A stretch of 64,000 bases of DNA, from contig JBMFMB010000001.1 of assembly GCA_049970895.1 (NCBI GenBank), forward strand, positions 1-64,000, in the 5' to 3' direction. Below the pieces are notes generated by a model that did no database searches, was not told where the DNA came from, and was given only the letters and a program-made list of their open reading frames with translations. Below are positions 47,843 to 57,536 of this stretch, in pieces. Source of the DNA: Candidatus Bathyarchaeia archaeon. Its GTDB lineage: Archaea; Thermoproteota; Bathyarchaeia; Bathyarchaeales; Bathycorpusculaceae. Position 1 is the first letter of the stretch; the number at the start of each line of letters is the position of its first letter. The position numbers and the translations under genes were made by a program.

Positions 47843-48958
47843 ATGGGTAAATGCCAAATCTGCGGTGAAAATTCGCCCCTAATTTCTGGAAATTTGGGCG
47901 TTTGCCTAAAATGCATTAGGGAAAAGCCCGAAAAAGCCTTAGAAATAACTAGGGAAGTGCATGCGAAAAGCCGGGCTGTTTATGGTCTGCCAGCGGAACC
48001 GCCCAGAGATAGGGGCGGCTTGACTTGTGGTATTTGTGCCAACAACTGTATTATAGGCGCTGGCGGAAGTGGCTTTTGCGGGCTTGTTTGGAATGTTGGC
48101 AACCGCCTTGTACGTTTCGGCGGCACAGCCGAACAAGGCGTTTTAGAGTGGTATTATGATGGACTGCCAACCAACTGTGTTAGCTGGTGGTTTTGTCCCG
48201 GCTGCACTGGAAGTGGCTATCCGAAATATGCTTACAAGCCAGAACCAGAATATGGCTACTATAACCTAGCTGTTTTTTACGGCGCTTGCAGTTATGACTG
48301 CCTCTTCTGCCAGAACTGGCATTACCGCAACCTTTCAGCCAAACACAAGCCAGCCATGAGTGCAGAAGCCCTAGCCCAAAAAACCTTAGACAAAAGGGTT
48401 TCATGCATATGCTATTTTGGAGGAGACCCGTCACCGCAGATGCCGCACTCGCTAGAGGCAAGCCGCATAGCCCTAGAAAAGGCCGAAATGGAAAAGCGGA
48501 TACTGCGCGTGTGTTGGGAAACCAACGGCTACATGAACCCGCGATTGGCGGAGAAAGCCGCAGAACTAGCCCTAAAAAGCGGAGGAAACATAAAATTTGA
48601 CCTAAAAGCATGGAGCGAGCCACTAGCCATAGCCCTATGCGGAGTATCCAACAAGCCAACCCTACAAAACTTCCAAATGATAGGCGAAAAATATTACGCG
48701 AAACGTCCAGAACTGCCAGTCTTAACGGCAAGCACACTGCTAGTGCCAGGATATGTGGACGCTGAAGAAGTTGAAAAAATAGCCAGTTTCATAAGCCAGA
48801 TAAGCCCAGAAATCCCCTACACGCTATTGGCGTTTTACCCATGCTATGTGATGAACGACCTGCCAACAACAAGCAGAAAACAAGCAAAAGAATGCCTAGA
48901 AGCAGCACAAAAGCACCTAAAAAACGTGAGAATAGGAAACGTACATCTGCTGTCGTAG
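47843..48958 (+). CDS. Radical SAM protein (PflA/AmmeMemoRadiSam-like) with N-terminal Cys clusters
   Basis: CSYDCLFCQN (CxxxCxxC), FGGDP, WETNG, FDLK, TLLVPGY; N-terminal CxxC pairs. Confidence 0.9.
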   Translation: MGKCQICGENSPLISGNLGVCLKCIREKPEKALEITREVHAKSRAVYGLPAEPPRDRGGLTCGICANNCIIGAGGSGFCGLVWNVGNRLVRFGGTAEQGVLEWYYDGLPTNCVSWWFCPGCTGSGYPKYAYKPEPEYGYYNLAVFYGACSYDCLFCQNWHYRNLSAKHKPAMSAEALAQKTLDKRVSCICYFGGDPSPQMPHSLEASRIALEKAEMEKRILRVCWETNGYMNPRLAEKAAELALKSGGNIKFDLKAWSEPLAIALCGVSNKPTLQNFQMIGEKYYAKRPELPVLTASTLLVPGYVDAEEVEKIASFISQISPEIPYTLLAFYPCYVMNDLPTTSRKQAKECLEAAQKHLKNVRIGNVHLLS

Positions 48959-49017
48959 CTAACCATAAAGTTTTCACGGTTAACCTTTTAACCTATTTCA
49001 AGCTCAAAAGAGCATTA

Positions 49018-49260
49018 GTGAACGAGTTGAGGCTTAAGCCATATTCTTATAGAAAGGTGATTAAGGCTTTAGGTAAAATCGGCTTTAAAGTTGTTAGGCA
49101 AAGAGGCAGCCACATCATCCTAAAAGGTTTTTATAAAGATAAGATGCGCACAGTTGTTGTTCCAAAACATGAAGAAATCGCAATAGGCACACTTAAAGGT
49201 ATATTATTTCAGGCTGGACTAACAACAGAAGAGTTCATTAAATTAGCCGAGAAAAATTAA
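49018..49260 (+). CDS. hicA: HicA-family toxin
   Basis: VIKALGKIGF.VVRQRGSHIIL...VVPKH.EI..GTLKGIL.QAGL; GTG 49018 chosen as start. Confidence 0.92.
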   Translation: MNELRLKPYSYRKVIKALGKIGFKVVRQRGSHIILKGFYKDKMRTVVVPKHEEIAIGTLKGILFQAGLTTEEFIKLAEKN

Positions 49261-49472
49261 ACCTCTATTTCAATCAGCATTGTGGCAACTGCTTCGCCCT
49301 TTTTGGCTCTTTCCTTCTCCCACTCTTCCGCGTTTTCAAACCACAGTTCAAAAGCTTCTTGAAAATTTTTTAATGCTTCGTCAATGGTTTTGCCTTGGCT
49401 GGCAACCCCTGTAACTGGGTCGATGGCAACGTACCATTCGCCCTCTTTATGTATGGCAACACTAACCTTCAT
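49257..49472 (-). CDS. hicB: HicB-family antitoxin (no DNA-binding domain)
   Basis: EGEWYVA..P..GVASQGKTIDEALKNFQEAFELWFE; ATG 49472. Confidence 0.9.
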   Translation of the reverse strand: MKVSVAIHKEGEWYVAIDPVTGVASQGKTIDEALKNFQEAFELWFENAEEWEKERAKKGEAVATMLIEIEV

Positions 49473-49542
49473 GGCACACGACCAAATACATGAATAGCTA
49501 TGGCATCTTATTAACATTTCACATCCATCATCAGCTCAAAAG

Positions 49543-50215
49543 TTAGGATGAAGAATAGTTGATGCAGTATATTTTGCCCTTTCCATTATCATAAAGTTTT
49601 GTGAAGTAGGTTGGGTGTAGTTCCTCGTCGAATACCGCCTCAACAGTGTTGTTTGACAGCAAGGGGCGTGGGCTCATAATCGCTATTTGTGTAAGCCAGA
49701 TAGTCTATGGCGTTGTAGCCTGCTATGTGGGCTATCCAATAGAACTTTTTCAGCTCGTCTGGAACAAAAACCAGAACATATGAAGCATCATATTGTCTCA
49801 TCAGCTGCAAGGACTCGCCTTCTGGAAGCATAAACATAGTGGCTATGGCGCGAATCTTCTCATGGGAACCCCACCTTCCGAAAATTTGGGCTTCAAAGCT
49901 AAGAAGCGGATCTCTGCTAATGCCCAGCGTACACCATATTTCCCCTGAAGGATAAGCCTCAATCACTTCCCTGTGGCTCCATTCCCGCACTGCCCTGCCA
50001 TAATCCCACCAGCACAATATAACGGAGCCTTGAGGTGTAAGCTCCTCAAGCTTTGAAAAGGCGTCGGGCATGCCCTCCTGCTTGGAAAAGTACTGGAGAA
50101 CCTCATCTTCCCTTCTGCCATAATCAATTCTAAGCGCTAGGAAAGTTAGAGAAACTGCAATAATAACGACTAGTAGAGCGATGAACCATTTGCTCCGCCA
50201 AAACTTCGCAACCAT
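49543..50215 (-). CDS. Stand-alone STT3/AglB C-terminal-domain-like protein, 3' end apparently frameshifted
   Basis: One N-terminal TM helix, VILCWWDYG; main ORF stops at 49640 but QTTLLR and VFDEELHPTYFTKLYDNGKGKIY continue in other frames to a stop at 49543. Confidence 0.7.
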
Positions 50216-50254
50216 AGATGTCTCTTAAATGTGACGGTTTAAAACCTATGAAGT

Positions 50255-52036
50255 TTATGCAGCCCAGAAGGGCACCTTCTTCCGCATTAGATTGACGTAC
50301 TCGTTTAGGGCTTCTTGTTCGTCTGGCGAAAGCTTATCCATAAAGTTTTTCAGCAAAGCCTTAGCATGCTGCTCTGGAACCTTCACGTAGAGGATATCCT
50401 TCTCGAAAATGTGCCTCCCAACCATGGGCTTGTCTAGGCTTATGGCCACTTGCATACCCTGCTTTGCCTCTGATAAAGCCTTGCCCTTCTCTTGAATTTG
50501 TTGTATTTCGCCAACATCCTCGCCATCCTCGGCCCTTACAAGACTTGTTTTGGGCTTTATTCTCCCAGCCAAAACCTCAACGCCAACTATGGCGGGCTTG
50601 GCTCTTCTGAAAACATAACCTTCTAAAATCTGGATTTTTCCAGGCTTTACCAGTTTTTCAAATTCAGCCTCAATCTTGGATTCTCTTTGAGTTTTAAGCC
50701 AAGAAAGATAGTTATCTATCAAATGGTAGATTATTTTATCCTTAAAAATTTGGACACCAGTGTTTTTTGCTTCTTCCTCGGCGTCTGGCAGGACTTTGAC
50801 GTTGAAGGCTAAAATAGCTCCATAGAAGGGCTCATGCTCTTTCACTATGGCGGCTTCTGTGACGTCCCGCTTTGAAACATCGCCAACATCAGCCAAACGT
50901 ATGGGCACACCATTCCGCTTTAGATGTTCGGCTATGGCCTCCAAAGAACCCAAAGTGTCAGCCTTCAAAACAACACCATCCACATCCGTTGCAATCCTAA
51001 TCTTCTCAATCTCCTCAGAAACAATCCTAACATACTTTTCAGGGTCTTCGCCATCCCCAACAGCGTATAAGGGTGCGCCAGCCAAGGCGCCCTCCAAGTC
51101 TGGCGCAACAATTTTCACTCCTGCGGCTGCGGAAACAGAATCCACAGAGGAAAACTTGTCCCGTGGGTCCCTAATCTCGTCCAATGGCTTCGGCACTAGA
51201 ATAGCCCTTACACGGGTTATTATGGACTTTTCCTTACCGCCAACAACGATTAAGTCGTCTTTTCGCAGCGTTCCATCATAAATTATAGTGTTAAGCGTTA
51301 AGCCAAGACCGGGTTCCTCTTTAACCTCCAAAACAGTGCCCTTAGCTGGTCCAGCAGTGGTTTGCAAACGCTTCTTAAGATACTGCTGAGTCAAGCCAAC
51401 AAGAACTGCCAGAAGCTCTGTTATGCCCTCGCCTGTTTTGGCGCTTGTGGGAACGATAGCCACTGTCCGTGTGAAGTCTTTTATGCGGTCGAAACGGTCA
51501 GCCTTAAAACCCAAACGAGAAAAGGTGCCAATAATCTCGTAGAGGCGGTTGTCCAAATCCTCCTGAACATACTTGTCCTGAAGCTGATAAGCCTTCAGAA
51601 AAGGCGTGTCCGGATAAGAGTTCCAGCCCGGAATGCGGTCAATCTTGTTGGCAGCCACAAGGAAAGGCGTCTTCCGAGCCTTCAAAATCTCAATACACTC
51701 ATAAGTTTGAGCCTCAAAACCGCGGAGCACATCAATAACTAGGATGGCTATGTCGGCTACGCTGCCACCCCGCTTCCGCAAATTAGTGAAAGCCTCATGC
51801 CCCGGAGTATCAATAACCAACAAACCAGGAATCTCAATCTCACCCTTAATAGTTGAAAGCAGAGGACCAATCATCTGCTTCAAGGTTTCAACTGGAAAGA
51901 AGCTTGCACCAATGTGCTGGGTTATGCCGCCAACCTCGCGGGCTTGAACACTGGTTTTGCGAATCTTATCCAAAAGAAGAGTCTTACCGGTATCCACATG
52001 CCCAAGAACACAAACGATGGGCTGACGAAGCGGCAT
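50255..52036 (-). CDS. infB: Translation initiation factor aIF5B (IF-2)
   Basis: LGHVDTGKT, GGITQHIGA, DTPGHEAF, NKID, KADTLGSLEA. Confidence 0.97.
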   Translation of the reverse strand: MPLRQPIVCVLGHVDTGKTLLLDKIRKTSVQAREVGGITQHIGASFFPVETLKQMIGPLLSTIKGEIEIPGLLVIDTPGHEAFTNLRKRGGSVADIAILVIDVLRGFEAQTYECIEILKARKTPFLVAANKIDRIPGWNSYPDTPFLKAYQLQDKYVQEDLDNRLYEIIGTFSRLGFKADRFDRIKDFTRTVAIVPTSAKTGEGITELLAVLVGLTQQYLKKRLQTTAGPAKGTVLEVKEEPGLGLTLNTIIYDGTLRKDDLIVVGGKEKSIITRVRAILVPKPLDEIRDPRDKFSSVDSVSAAAGVKIVAPDLEGALAGAPLYAVGDGEDPEKYVRIVSEEIEKIRIATDVDGVVLKADTLGSLEAIAEHLKRNGVPIRLADVGDVSKRDVTEAAIVKEHEPFYGAILAFNVKVLPDAEEEAKNTGVQIFKDKIIYHLIDNYLSWLKTQRESKIEAEFEKLVKPGKIQILEGYVFRRAKPAIVGVEVLAGRIKPKTSLVRAEDGEDVGEIQQIQEKGKALSEAKQGMQVAISLDKPMVGRHIFEKDILYVKVPEQHAKALLKNFMDKLSPDEQEALNEYVNLMRKKVPFWAA

Positions 52037-52124
52037 GGCAAATCTTCCCTAACAGATGGCAGAACAACCACAGACCAAACTAATAAACTGTTCCCTAAAT
52101 AAATGCTGTTTTATAAGGCTAGGC

Positions 52125-52322
52125 TTATTCAGCCTTGGCGATTATTAGGAATATGCCAAGTGCCAGTAGGACTAAGCTTAGAAAACCGAAAAACCACGTG
52201 TAGACGCTCAGCACATTACTGCTTGTGAGGGTGAAATATGTGGCTAGGGCGCCGACGATTATTAGGATTATTCCGAAGAATTTTTCTGCTGCTGTTATTC
52301 CGATGCTGCCCTCTTCGCTCAT
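52125..52322 (-). CDS. Small two-TM membrane protein
   Basis: Two hydrophobic helices; ATG 52322. Confidence 0.65.
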   Translation of the reverse strand: MSEEGSIGITAAEKFFGIILIIVGALATYFTLTSSNVLSVYTWFFGFLSLVLLALGIFLIIAKAE

Positions 52323-52409
52323 ACTTTTAGCCTCACGTGTTTGTGGCGTGTCTTTTAGCATAAAGCATTAAAAGGGTTATTTTAAATTTCCCCTTTTTCT
52401 TCGAGAGGG

Positions 52410-53507
52410 CTATTTTGTCTCTTCAAGTTTTGCTGGCAAATACTCGTCCACAATATAGGTTAAGCCGTATCTGCTGAAGGCTTCTTGCTCCGCTTTGCGT
52501 TTAATCTTCATGAAGGTTTTTATTTCCCTTTGCCACAACGGGTCCTCCTTATAACGTGGGTCTTTCTGGAGTTCGTAAAGCCTCTTCATATCAATCTCGT
52601 CCAATGGGTCTGTTGGCAACTTATACTTGACAATGTCCGTTGCCCAGACACCGCTCCATTTGGCGTCTGGCGTTGTCAAATCCCTTAGGTGAGCCGCATT
52701 GGCGGAGCCGGAAATTATGACCATTGCTATGTGCATTCCCCATGGATCTCCGTCTGTGAAGATGTAAACTGGCAATCCTAGTTCGCGGTTCAGCCTCCTA
52801 ATGAAGTGGCGGGTTGCCCTTGGCGCTTGTCCCGCTGTGAGCACTAATAGGGCGTTAAACTTTTTGTGCACATTCTCCTCGATGAAGCGTGTGAATAAGC
52901 CGCCTTTTTCGATGGCTATGACTTTGTCCGCCGATGTTTTAACGAACTCTGCCGAAGTAAGTGCTGGTCCAATCATGACACCGTCCGGGTGTGATGTCAA
53001 GTTTAGGGTTTTACCCTCATAGCCCGGCACTGTATAGCGTATTGTTAGGTCGCCGAAAACTGCTGAGCGCTCTTCTGGGAAAATGTTGAAGTCTTCCCTT
53101 GAAAAGCCTAGGACTGTTTCTAGGTCGGTTATTATGTTGTTGGATTCCTGCTGGTCTTTGAAGGTCATTTCGTAGGCTTGCGCCGAATAATAAACGTCCC
53201 TTAAGGTTGACGTTTTACGTTGGCTTGTCAGCTCATAGGAGAAGAGCGCCGTCCAAACAAGTTGGGCGAAGGGTTTTAGGTGGCGGATGTTGCGGGCACT
53301 CCGCCTTACACGTTTATCGCCCAAGATGAATTGTCTAAACTTTGGGTCGTAGTAGATGTTTTCTGTTGAGCGGCTCGGCATTTCAATGGATGGAAAATAT
53401 CCCCTATCAATTTGCTCGTAGATTTTTAGTCCAAAATTTTGGAGGCTTGCTAAAACCTCTTTTCTTCTTTCCATTATGCTGCTGCTTTTATACTCCTTCG
53501 GCTCCAA
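52410..53507 (-). CDS. top6A: DNA topoisomerase VI subunit A
   Basis: STLRDVYY (catalytic Tyr), IEK, TOPRIM FTDGDPWG, KAEQEA. Confidence 0.96.
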   Translation of the reverse strand: MEPKEYKSSSIMERRKEVLASLQNFGLKIYEQIDRGYFPSIEMPSRSTENIYYDPKFRQFILGDKRVRRSARNIRHLKPFAQLVWTALFSYELTSQRKTSTLRDVYYSAQAYEMTFKDQQESNNIITDLETVLGFSREDFNIFPEERSAVFGDLTIRYTVPGYEGKTLNLTSHPDGVMIGPALTSAEFVKTSADKVIAIEKGGLFTRFIEENVHKKFNALLVLTAGQAPRATRHFIRRLNRELGLPVYIFTDGDPWGMHIAMVIISGSANAAHLRDLTTPDAKWSGVWATDIVKYKLPTDPLDEIDMKRLYELQKDPRYKEDPLWQREIKTFMKIKRKAEQEAFSRYGLTYIVDEYLPAKLEETK

Positions 53508-55026
53508 ACCTTCTCACACTCCTTAAAAGCTTCTCAATGTCTGGAGGCTTATCCCTACCAGCAAGTTTGGTGGAGAACTCGGCGATTCTTGGCAGGTATT
53601 TGCTGAAGATTCCAAGCCTTTTTCTTTCTCTGTCCACGTGCTCGCGTCTCGTTAGGAAGCGTTGGAGTTGGCGTGCCACCTCCCTTAAGCCGTTAGCTAT
53701 TTCCCGCCTAACCTCTGGTCTGTCGGCGATGAACTCTTTCCCAACAGTTTTGTAGGGAACTTTTGTGCTGCATACGTGGACAACTATGGCTATGGGCATG
53801 TCTGGCGTAACCTTATAGCGCCGCCAATTCATGTCGTTTATGACCTTGACTGAAACGTCGCTTGCCTCATCATAAAGCAGTGGAATCCTATTGGCGAAAC
53901 GGTATATTAGGAAACCGCCCTTCTGGGGAATTTCACCGCCATAAGCTATTGCAACCTCAACAATGAAAGGGTGACCAGCATAAGTGGCTGGCTTCCTCTG
54001 GTGGACAGCCACAAATTCTGGTTTGAGCTCCTTCAAAACACCAGTTCTCAATAGTTCCTCGCCTAAGGGTGAAAGGCAACTGGCGTCTGGTGGTAGAAAC
54101 TCTTTAAACTTTTTCAGCATATGCATAAGCCGGACAATTTCCTCGTGGGAAAGCTTCTTCGGGTTTTTTGATGGGCTTATGCCGCTGAACTCTAGGAATT
54201 TTCGGGCTGTTACTTCGCCGACGCGGTGGAAGTGGTTTTTCAGAAATTCCAGCATGTTGTTGTAGGGCGTAACCTGTATGAGGCGTTGGAGAAGCTCCAC
54301 ATCAACACCATATGGATGAGGCAAGGTCTCTTTTGGCGGGTCTGGCATGACGGTGGTTGCTCTAGTAAACTTGTAAAGCCTTCCTTTAGGGTCTACGAAG
54401 GTTAGGTTTGCGTAGGGATTAACCATGGCTGTCTGCTTAAAATATTCCAAGATTTTTGGCATAGCCCTCAAATAGTCGCCTTCAAGGCTGAACTCAACGA
54501 TGGTGCCTCGCCAGCCCTCCTTGTTTAATAACACTTTTCGGTCAAGGATTATTGGGCGGTTTCTTTGGATGTCAATCATAAGTCTATACATGTAGATATG
54601 GGACGTGCCGGTGCTGGAGATTATTGTGGCTGGCTGGTGGGTTGTAATTTGCCCATACAAGATAGCCATTTTACCGCCTAAGCCGAAGGTTCCCCTCTGC
54701 TGTTTCAGCTTATACTTTGAGCCGAAAAGAACTTGCCCAAAGGCTGATGGAATATGCCTCGGCGGAACACCGCAACCGTTGTCTTCAACCCTCAGCTTAT
54801 AAATTTGTGTTTCCTTGCTTGCCTCGCCTTCAAAGGAAAGCCTCACATAAATTTCCGGTGGGATTTTGAGGCTTTCAGCGGCGTCCAAGGAGTTTTCCAC
54901 AAGTTCTCGGATGGCTGCGAAAATGGCTCTTGTTGGGTTTGTGAATCCAGCTATGTCGCGGTTCCTATAGAAGAAGTCTGATGCGCTTATCTCTTCAAAT
55001 GTGACTTGCGCCACGCTAGCCTCCAC
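53488..55026 (-). CDS. top6B: DNA topoisomerase VI subunit B
   Basis: RELVENSLDA, VEDNGCG, QQRGTFGLG, RFANRIPLLYD, STKVPYK. Confidence 0.97.
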   Translation of the reverse strand: MEASVAQVTFEEISASDFFYRNRDIAGFTNPTRAIFAAIRELVENSLDAAESLKIPPEIYVRLSFEGEASKETQIYKLRVEDNGCGVPPRHIPSAFGQVLFGSKYKLKQQRGTFGLGGKMAILYGQITTHQPATIISSTGTSHIYMYRLMIDIQRNRPIILDRKVLLNKEGWRGTIVEFSLEGDYLRAMPKILEYFKQTAMVNPYANLTFVDPKGRLYKFTRATTVMPDPPKETLPHPYGVDVELLQRLIQVTPYNNMLEFLKNHFHRVGEVTARKFLEFSGISPSKNPKKLSHEEIVRLMHMLKKFKEFLPPDASCLSPLGEELLRTGVLKELKPEFVAVHQRKPATYAGHPFIVEVAIAYGGEIPQKGGFLIYRFANRIPLLYDEASDVSVKVINDMNWRRYKVTPDMPIAIVVHVCSTKVPYKTVGKEFIADRPEVRREIANGLREVARQLQRFLTRREHVDRERKRLGIFSKYLPRIAEFSTKLAGRDKPPDIEKLLRSVRRFGAEGV

Positions 55027-55113
55027 CAGTCACCTCATTTACAGTAGACCATCTTTAACGTATGTATGCACGGCATCCACATTAATTTAACTATACCTTT
55101 TTCGGCGAACTGT

Positions 55114-55536
55114 TCATTTCTTGAAAGGTTCTGGGAAAAGCTCCCTAAGCGTCTTTACCTTAACCGTTTCAAACAGCACTCTGGCTTTTTCAACTTTTGC
55201 CATGACAATTTTAATTTCGGGGCTTTCAGCAAAATCTGAGATACATTGGAGGCATGCACCACAAGGTTTTGTTTCGCCCTCTTTTTTGGCATCCGTCACG
55301 ATGGCTACTTCCCTAACTTTTTTGTTCCCGTGTAAAACGGCGTGGTTTATGGCGTTTCTCTCGGCGCAGATGCCAAGCCCCGAAACCCAACTTTCAACAT
55401 TGCAGCCACCATAAACCTTTCCATCCTCAGCCAGAACAGCTGCTCCAACACTGAAACCCCAGAGCACATGGGCATTCTCTAAAGCCTTAGCGGCTTCCTT
55501 TAAAAGCGCACGCTCCGTTTCGCCAATTTCAGCCAT
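55114..55536 (-). CDS. cdd: Cytidine deaminase
   Basis: FSVGAAVL, GCNVE, ICAERNAI, PCGACLQ. Confidence 0.92.
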   Translation of the reverse strand: MAEIGETERALLKEAAKALENAHVLWGFSVGAAVLAEDGKVYGGCNVESWVSGLGICAERNAINHAVLHGNKKVREVAIVTDAKKEGETKPCGACLQCISDFAESPEIKIVMAKVEKARVLFETVKVKTLRELFPEPFKK

Positions 55537-55538
55537 AT

Positions 55539-57338
55539 TTAATCCTCCTCTGTTATGGCTGTATGCCTCACATAATAGTATTCGCCAATCTCCTTCTGAT
55601 ACTTGTCCAGCTTTGAGCCCTCCTTGTTGACACGGGGTCTTTTTGTTACGGGGTCCCTTCTGAAGGTTACATTCATCTCTTTTAGGAAGGCGTTCATCCC
55701 ATCCCTCAGGCTTGTTGGCGGGTTGGCTATGCCCCTTATTCCGGGCTCGCCGGTAAAAACCATCAAACGGTCCGCGATAAAGTCTTGGGCTACAACATCG
55801 TGTTCAACAACGAAAGCTGTTGCGTTCCTCGCCTCTATCACTCGGCGTATGATTCTCGCCATGTTAAGCCTCTCCTCAACGTCCAAGTAGGCGCTAGGCT
55901 CGTCCAAGAGGTAAAGCTCAGCCTTCCTTGATAGGCACGCGGCTATGGCGACTTTTTGAAGTTCGCCTCCGCTTATTTCGGCTATGTTCCTCTCCAAAAG
56001 GGGTGTTATGCCTAGTGGCTGGAGGATTTCAGCCTTATACCAACCCGACATAAAGTCTTCTTTCGCTATGCTTGCTAGAAGTTCTTGCACTGTGCCCTCA
56101 TATTCCGCCGAAATATACTGGGGCTTGTAGCTCACGGTCAGCTCTTTAAACTCTCTCCCGTCGTCAGTTTTCTCCAAACCAGCCAAAATCCTGACGAAGG
56201 TTGTTTTTCCAATGCCGTTTGGTCCGAGAATCCCTATGATTTCGCCTTTTCTGATTTCGCCTGGCTGAGCGACAAGCTTGAAGCCCTCATAAGTTTTTTC
56301 AATCTTGTCCCATTTTAGAAGGGTTTCGCCAGCGCTGAAGCTTACGGTTGGCGGTTTTTCGTGGAATATTATGGCTTCTTTTCTGAAACGGATGTTTTCA
56401 TCTGGAATGTAGCCTTGAAGGTACATGTTTATGCCAGTTCTGACGCCGTGCACGTGGGAGACTATTCCGTAAACACCAGCCTCACCGTAGAAGATGCATA
56501 TCTGGTCTGATAGGTAGTCGATTATTGCTAGGTCGTGTTCTGCCACAACAACAATTTTCTCTTCCTTCTTCAGGCTTCTTATGGCTCTGGCAACTTCAAG
56601 CCTCTGTTTCACATCGAGATAGCTGGAAGGCTCATCGAAAAGGTAGACGTCGGCTTCCCGGCATATTGCAGCTGCTACGGCCACCCTCTGCAGTTCACCA
56701 CCGCTTAGGGCTTCAAGGGATCTATCCCAAATGTTCTTCAACTCAAGTTTTCTGGCGATGTCTTCAAGGACGCCCCGCTCATCCGCCTTTCTGAGGAGTT
56801 CGCCAACCCTTCCCGAAACGGCTCTTGCAATCTTGTCAACGTATTGGGGTTTATGTACAACTTTTAGTTTGCCCTCGCTCATCCGCTGGAAATAGTCTTG
56901 CAGCACTGAGCCCCTAAAATACCTTATCAAATCGTTCCAGCCTGGTGGATTCTCATAGTTTCCAAGGTTTGGCTTGACTTCTCCGGAAAGTATTTTCAGC
57001 GTTGTCGTCTTTCCTATACCATTTTTTCCAAGCAGTCCCAAAACAGTGCCAGGCGAGGGTGTTGGAAGCCTATAAAGCTTGAAGGTGTTTGGTCCAAATC
57101 TGTGGCTGCACTCTTTTTCCAGCTCTTCTGGAAGGTTCACTATTGATATGGCATTGAAGGGACACTTCTTCACGCATATTCCGCATCCGGAGCATAAAGC
57201 TTCAACAATTAGTGGCTTTGTGTCTTCGAAGCGTATTGCCTCAACGTGGCTTCTGACCATTGGGCAAAAGCGTTGGCACTGTTTTCCGCAACGTTTTGGC
57301 TTGCACTTGTCTGAATCAAGCACTGCTACGCGTGTCAT
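55539..57338 (-). CDS. rli: Ribosome recycling ATPase ABCE1/RLI
   Basis: N-terminal Fe-S domain (CKPKRC..QC.RFCP; CSGCGICVKKCP), two NBDs with GxNGIGKT and LSGGELQ/ISGGELQ; start may be as far up as 57374. Confidence 0.97.
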   Translation of the reverse strand: MTRVAVLDSDKCKPKRCGKQCQRFCPMVRSHVEAIRFEDTKPLIVEALCSGCGICVKKCPFNAISIVNLPEELEKECSHRFGPNTFKLYRLPTPSPGTVLGLLGKNGIGKTTTLKILSGEVKPNLGNYENPPGWNDLIRYFRGSVLQDYFQRMSEGKLKVVHKPQYVDKIARAVSGRVGELLRKADERGVLEDIARKLELKNIWDRSLEALSGGELQRVAVAAAICREADVYLFDEPSSYLDVKQRLEVARAIRSLKKEEKIVVVAEHDLAIIDYLSDQICIFYGEAGVYGIVSHVHGVRTGINMYLQGYIPDENIRFRKEAIIFHEKPPTVSFSAGETLLKWDKIEKTYEGFKLVAQPGEIRKGEIIGILGPNGIGKTTFVRILAGLEKTDDGREFKELTVSYKPQYISAEYEGTVQELLASIAKEDFMSGWYKAEILQPLGITPLLERNIAEISGGELQKVAIAACLSRKAELYLLDEPSAYLDVEERLNMARIIRRVIEARNATAFVVEHDVVAQDFIADRLMVFTGEPGIRGIANPPTSLRDGMNAFLKEMNVTFRRDPVTKRPRVNKEGSKLDKYQKEIGEYYYVRHTAITEED

Positions 57339-57424
57339 CTTACCAGCAACTGCCAATCTATTGTTTCCGGCCAATAAATATGAGCCTTAAAATCAGATTA
57401 ACTGGTGCTAAAAACTTTTCGGGT

Positions 57425-57464
57425 TAAAAAGAAAACGAGGAAAACGGGAAGCCCTTTAAGGCTT
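57425..57464 (-). terminator. Hairpin plus T-rich tract after the micro-ORF
   Basis: Minus strand AAGCCT-TAAA-GGGCTT stem-loop followed by TTTTCCTCGTTTTCTTTTT. Confidence 0.5.
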
Positions 57465-57536
57465 TCACCACTCCTCTTCTTCCCATTCCTCTTCTTCCCA
57501 GTCTTCCTCTTCCCATTCCTCTTCCTCTTCGAACAC
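57465..57536 (-). CDS. 23-aa acidic Trp-periodic micro-protein MFEEEEEWEEEDWEEEEWEEEEW
   Basis: GTG start 5 nt after a perfect GGAGGTGA SD (57542-57549); synonymous GAA/GAG variation between repeats; TGA stop; below the ORF-track cutoff. Confidence 0.75.
   Translation of the reverse strand: MFEEEEEWEEEDWEEEEWEEEEW

Noticed and set aside
48841-49017. N-terminal extension of the HicA ORF in the track
   Set aside because: Overlaps the radical SAM 3' end; HicA similarity starts near 49018-49027
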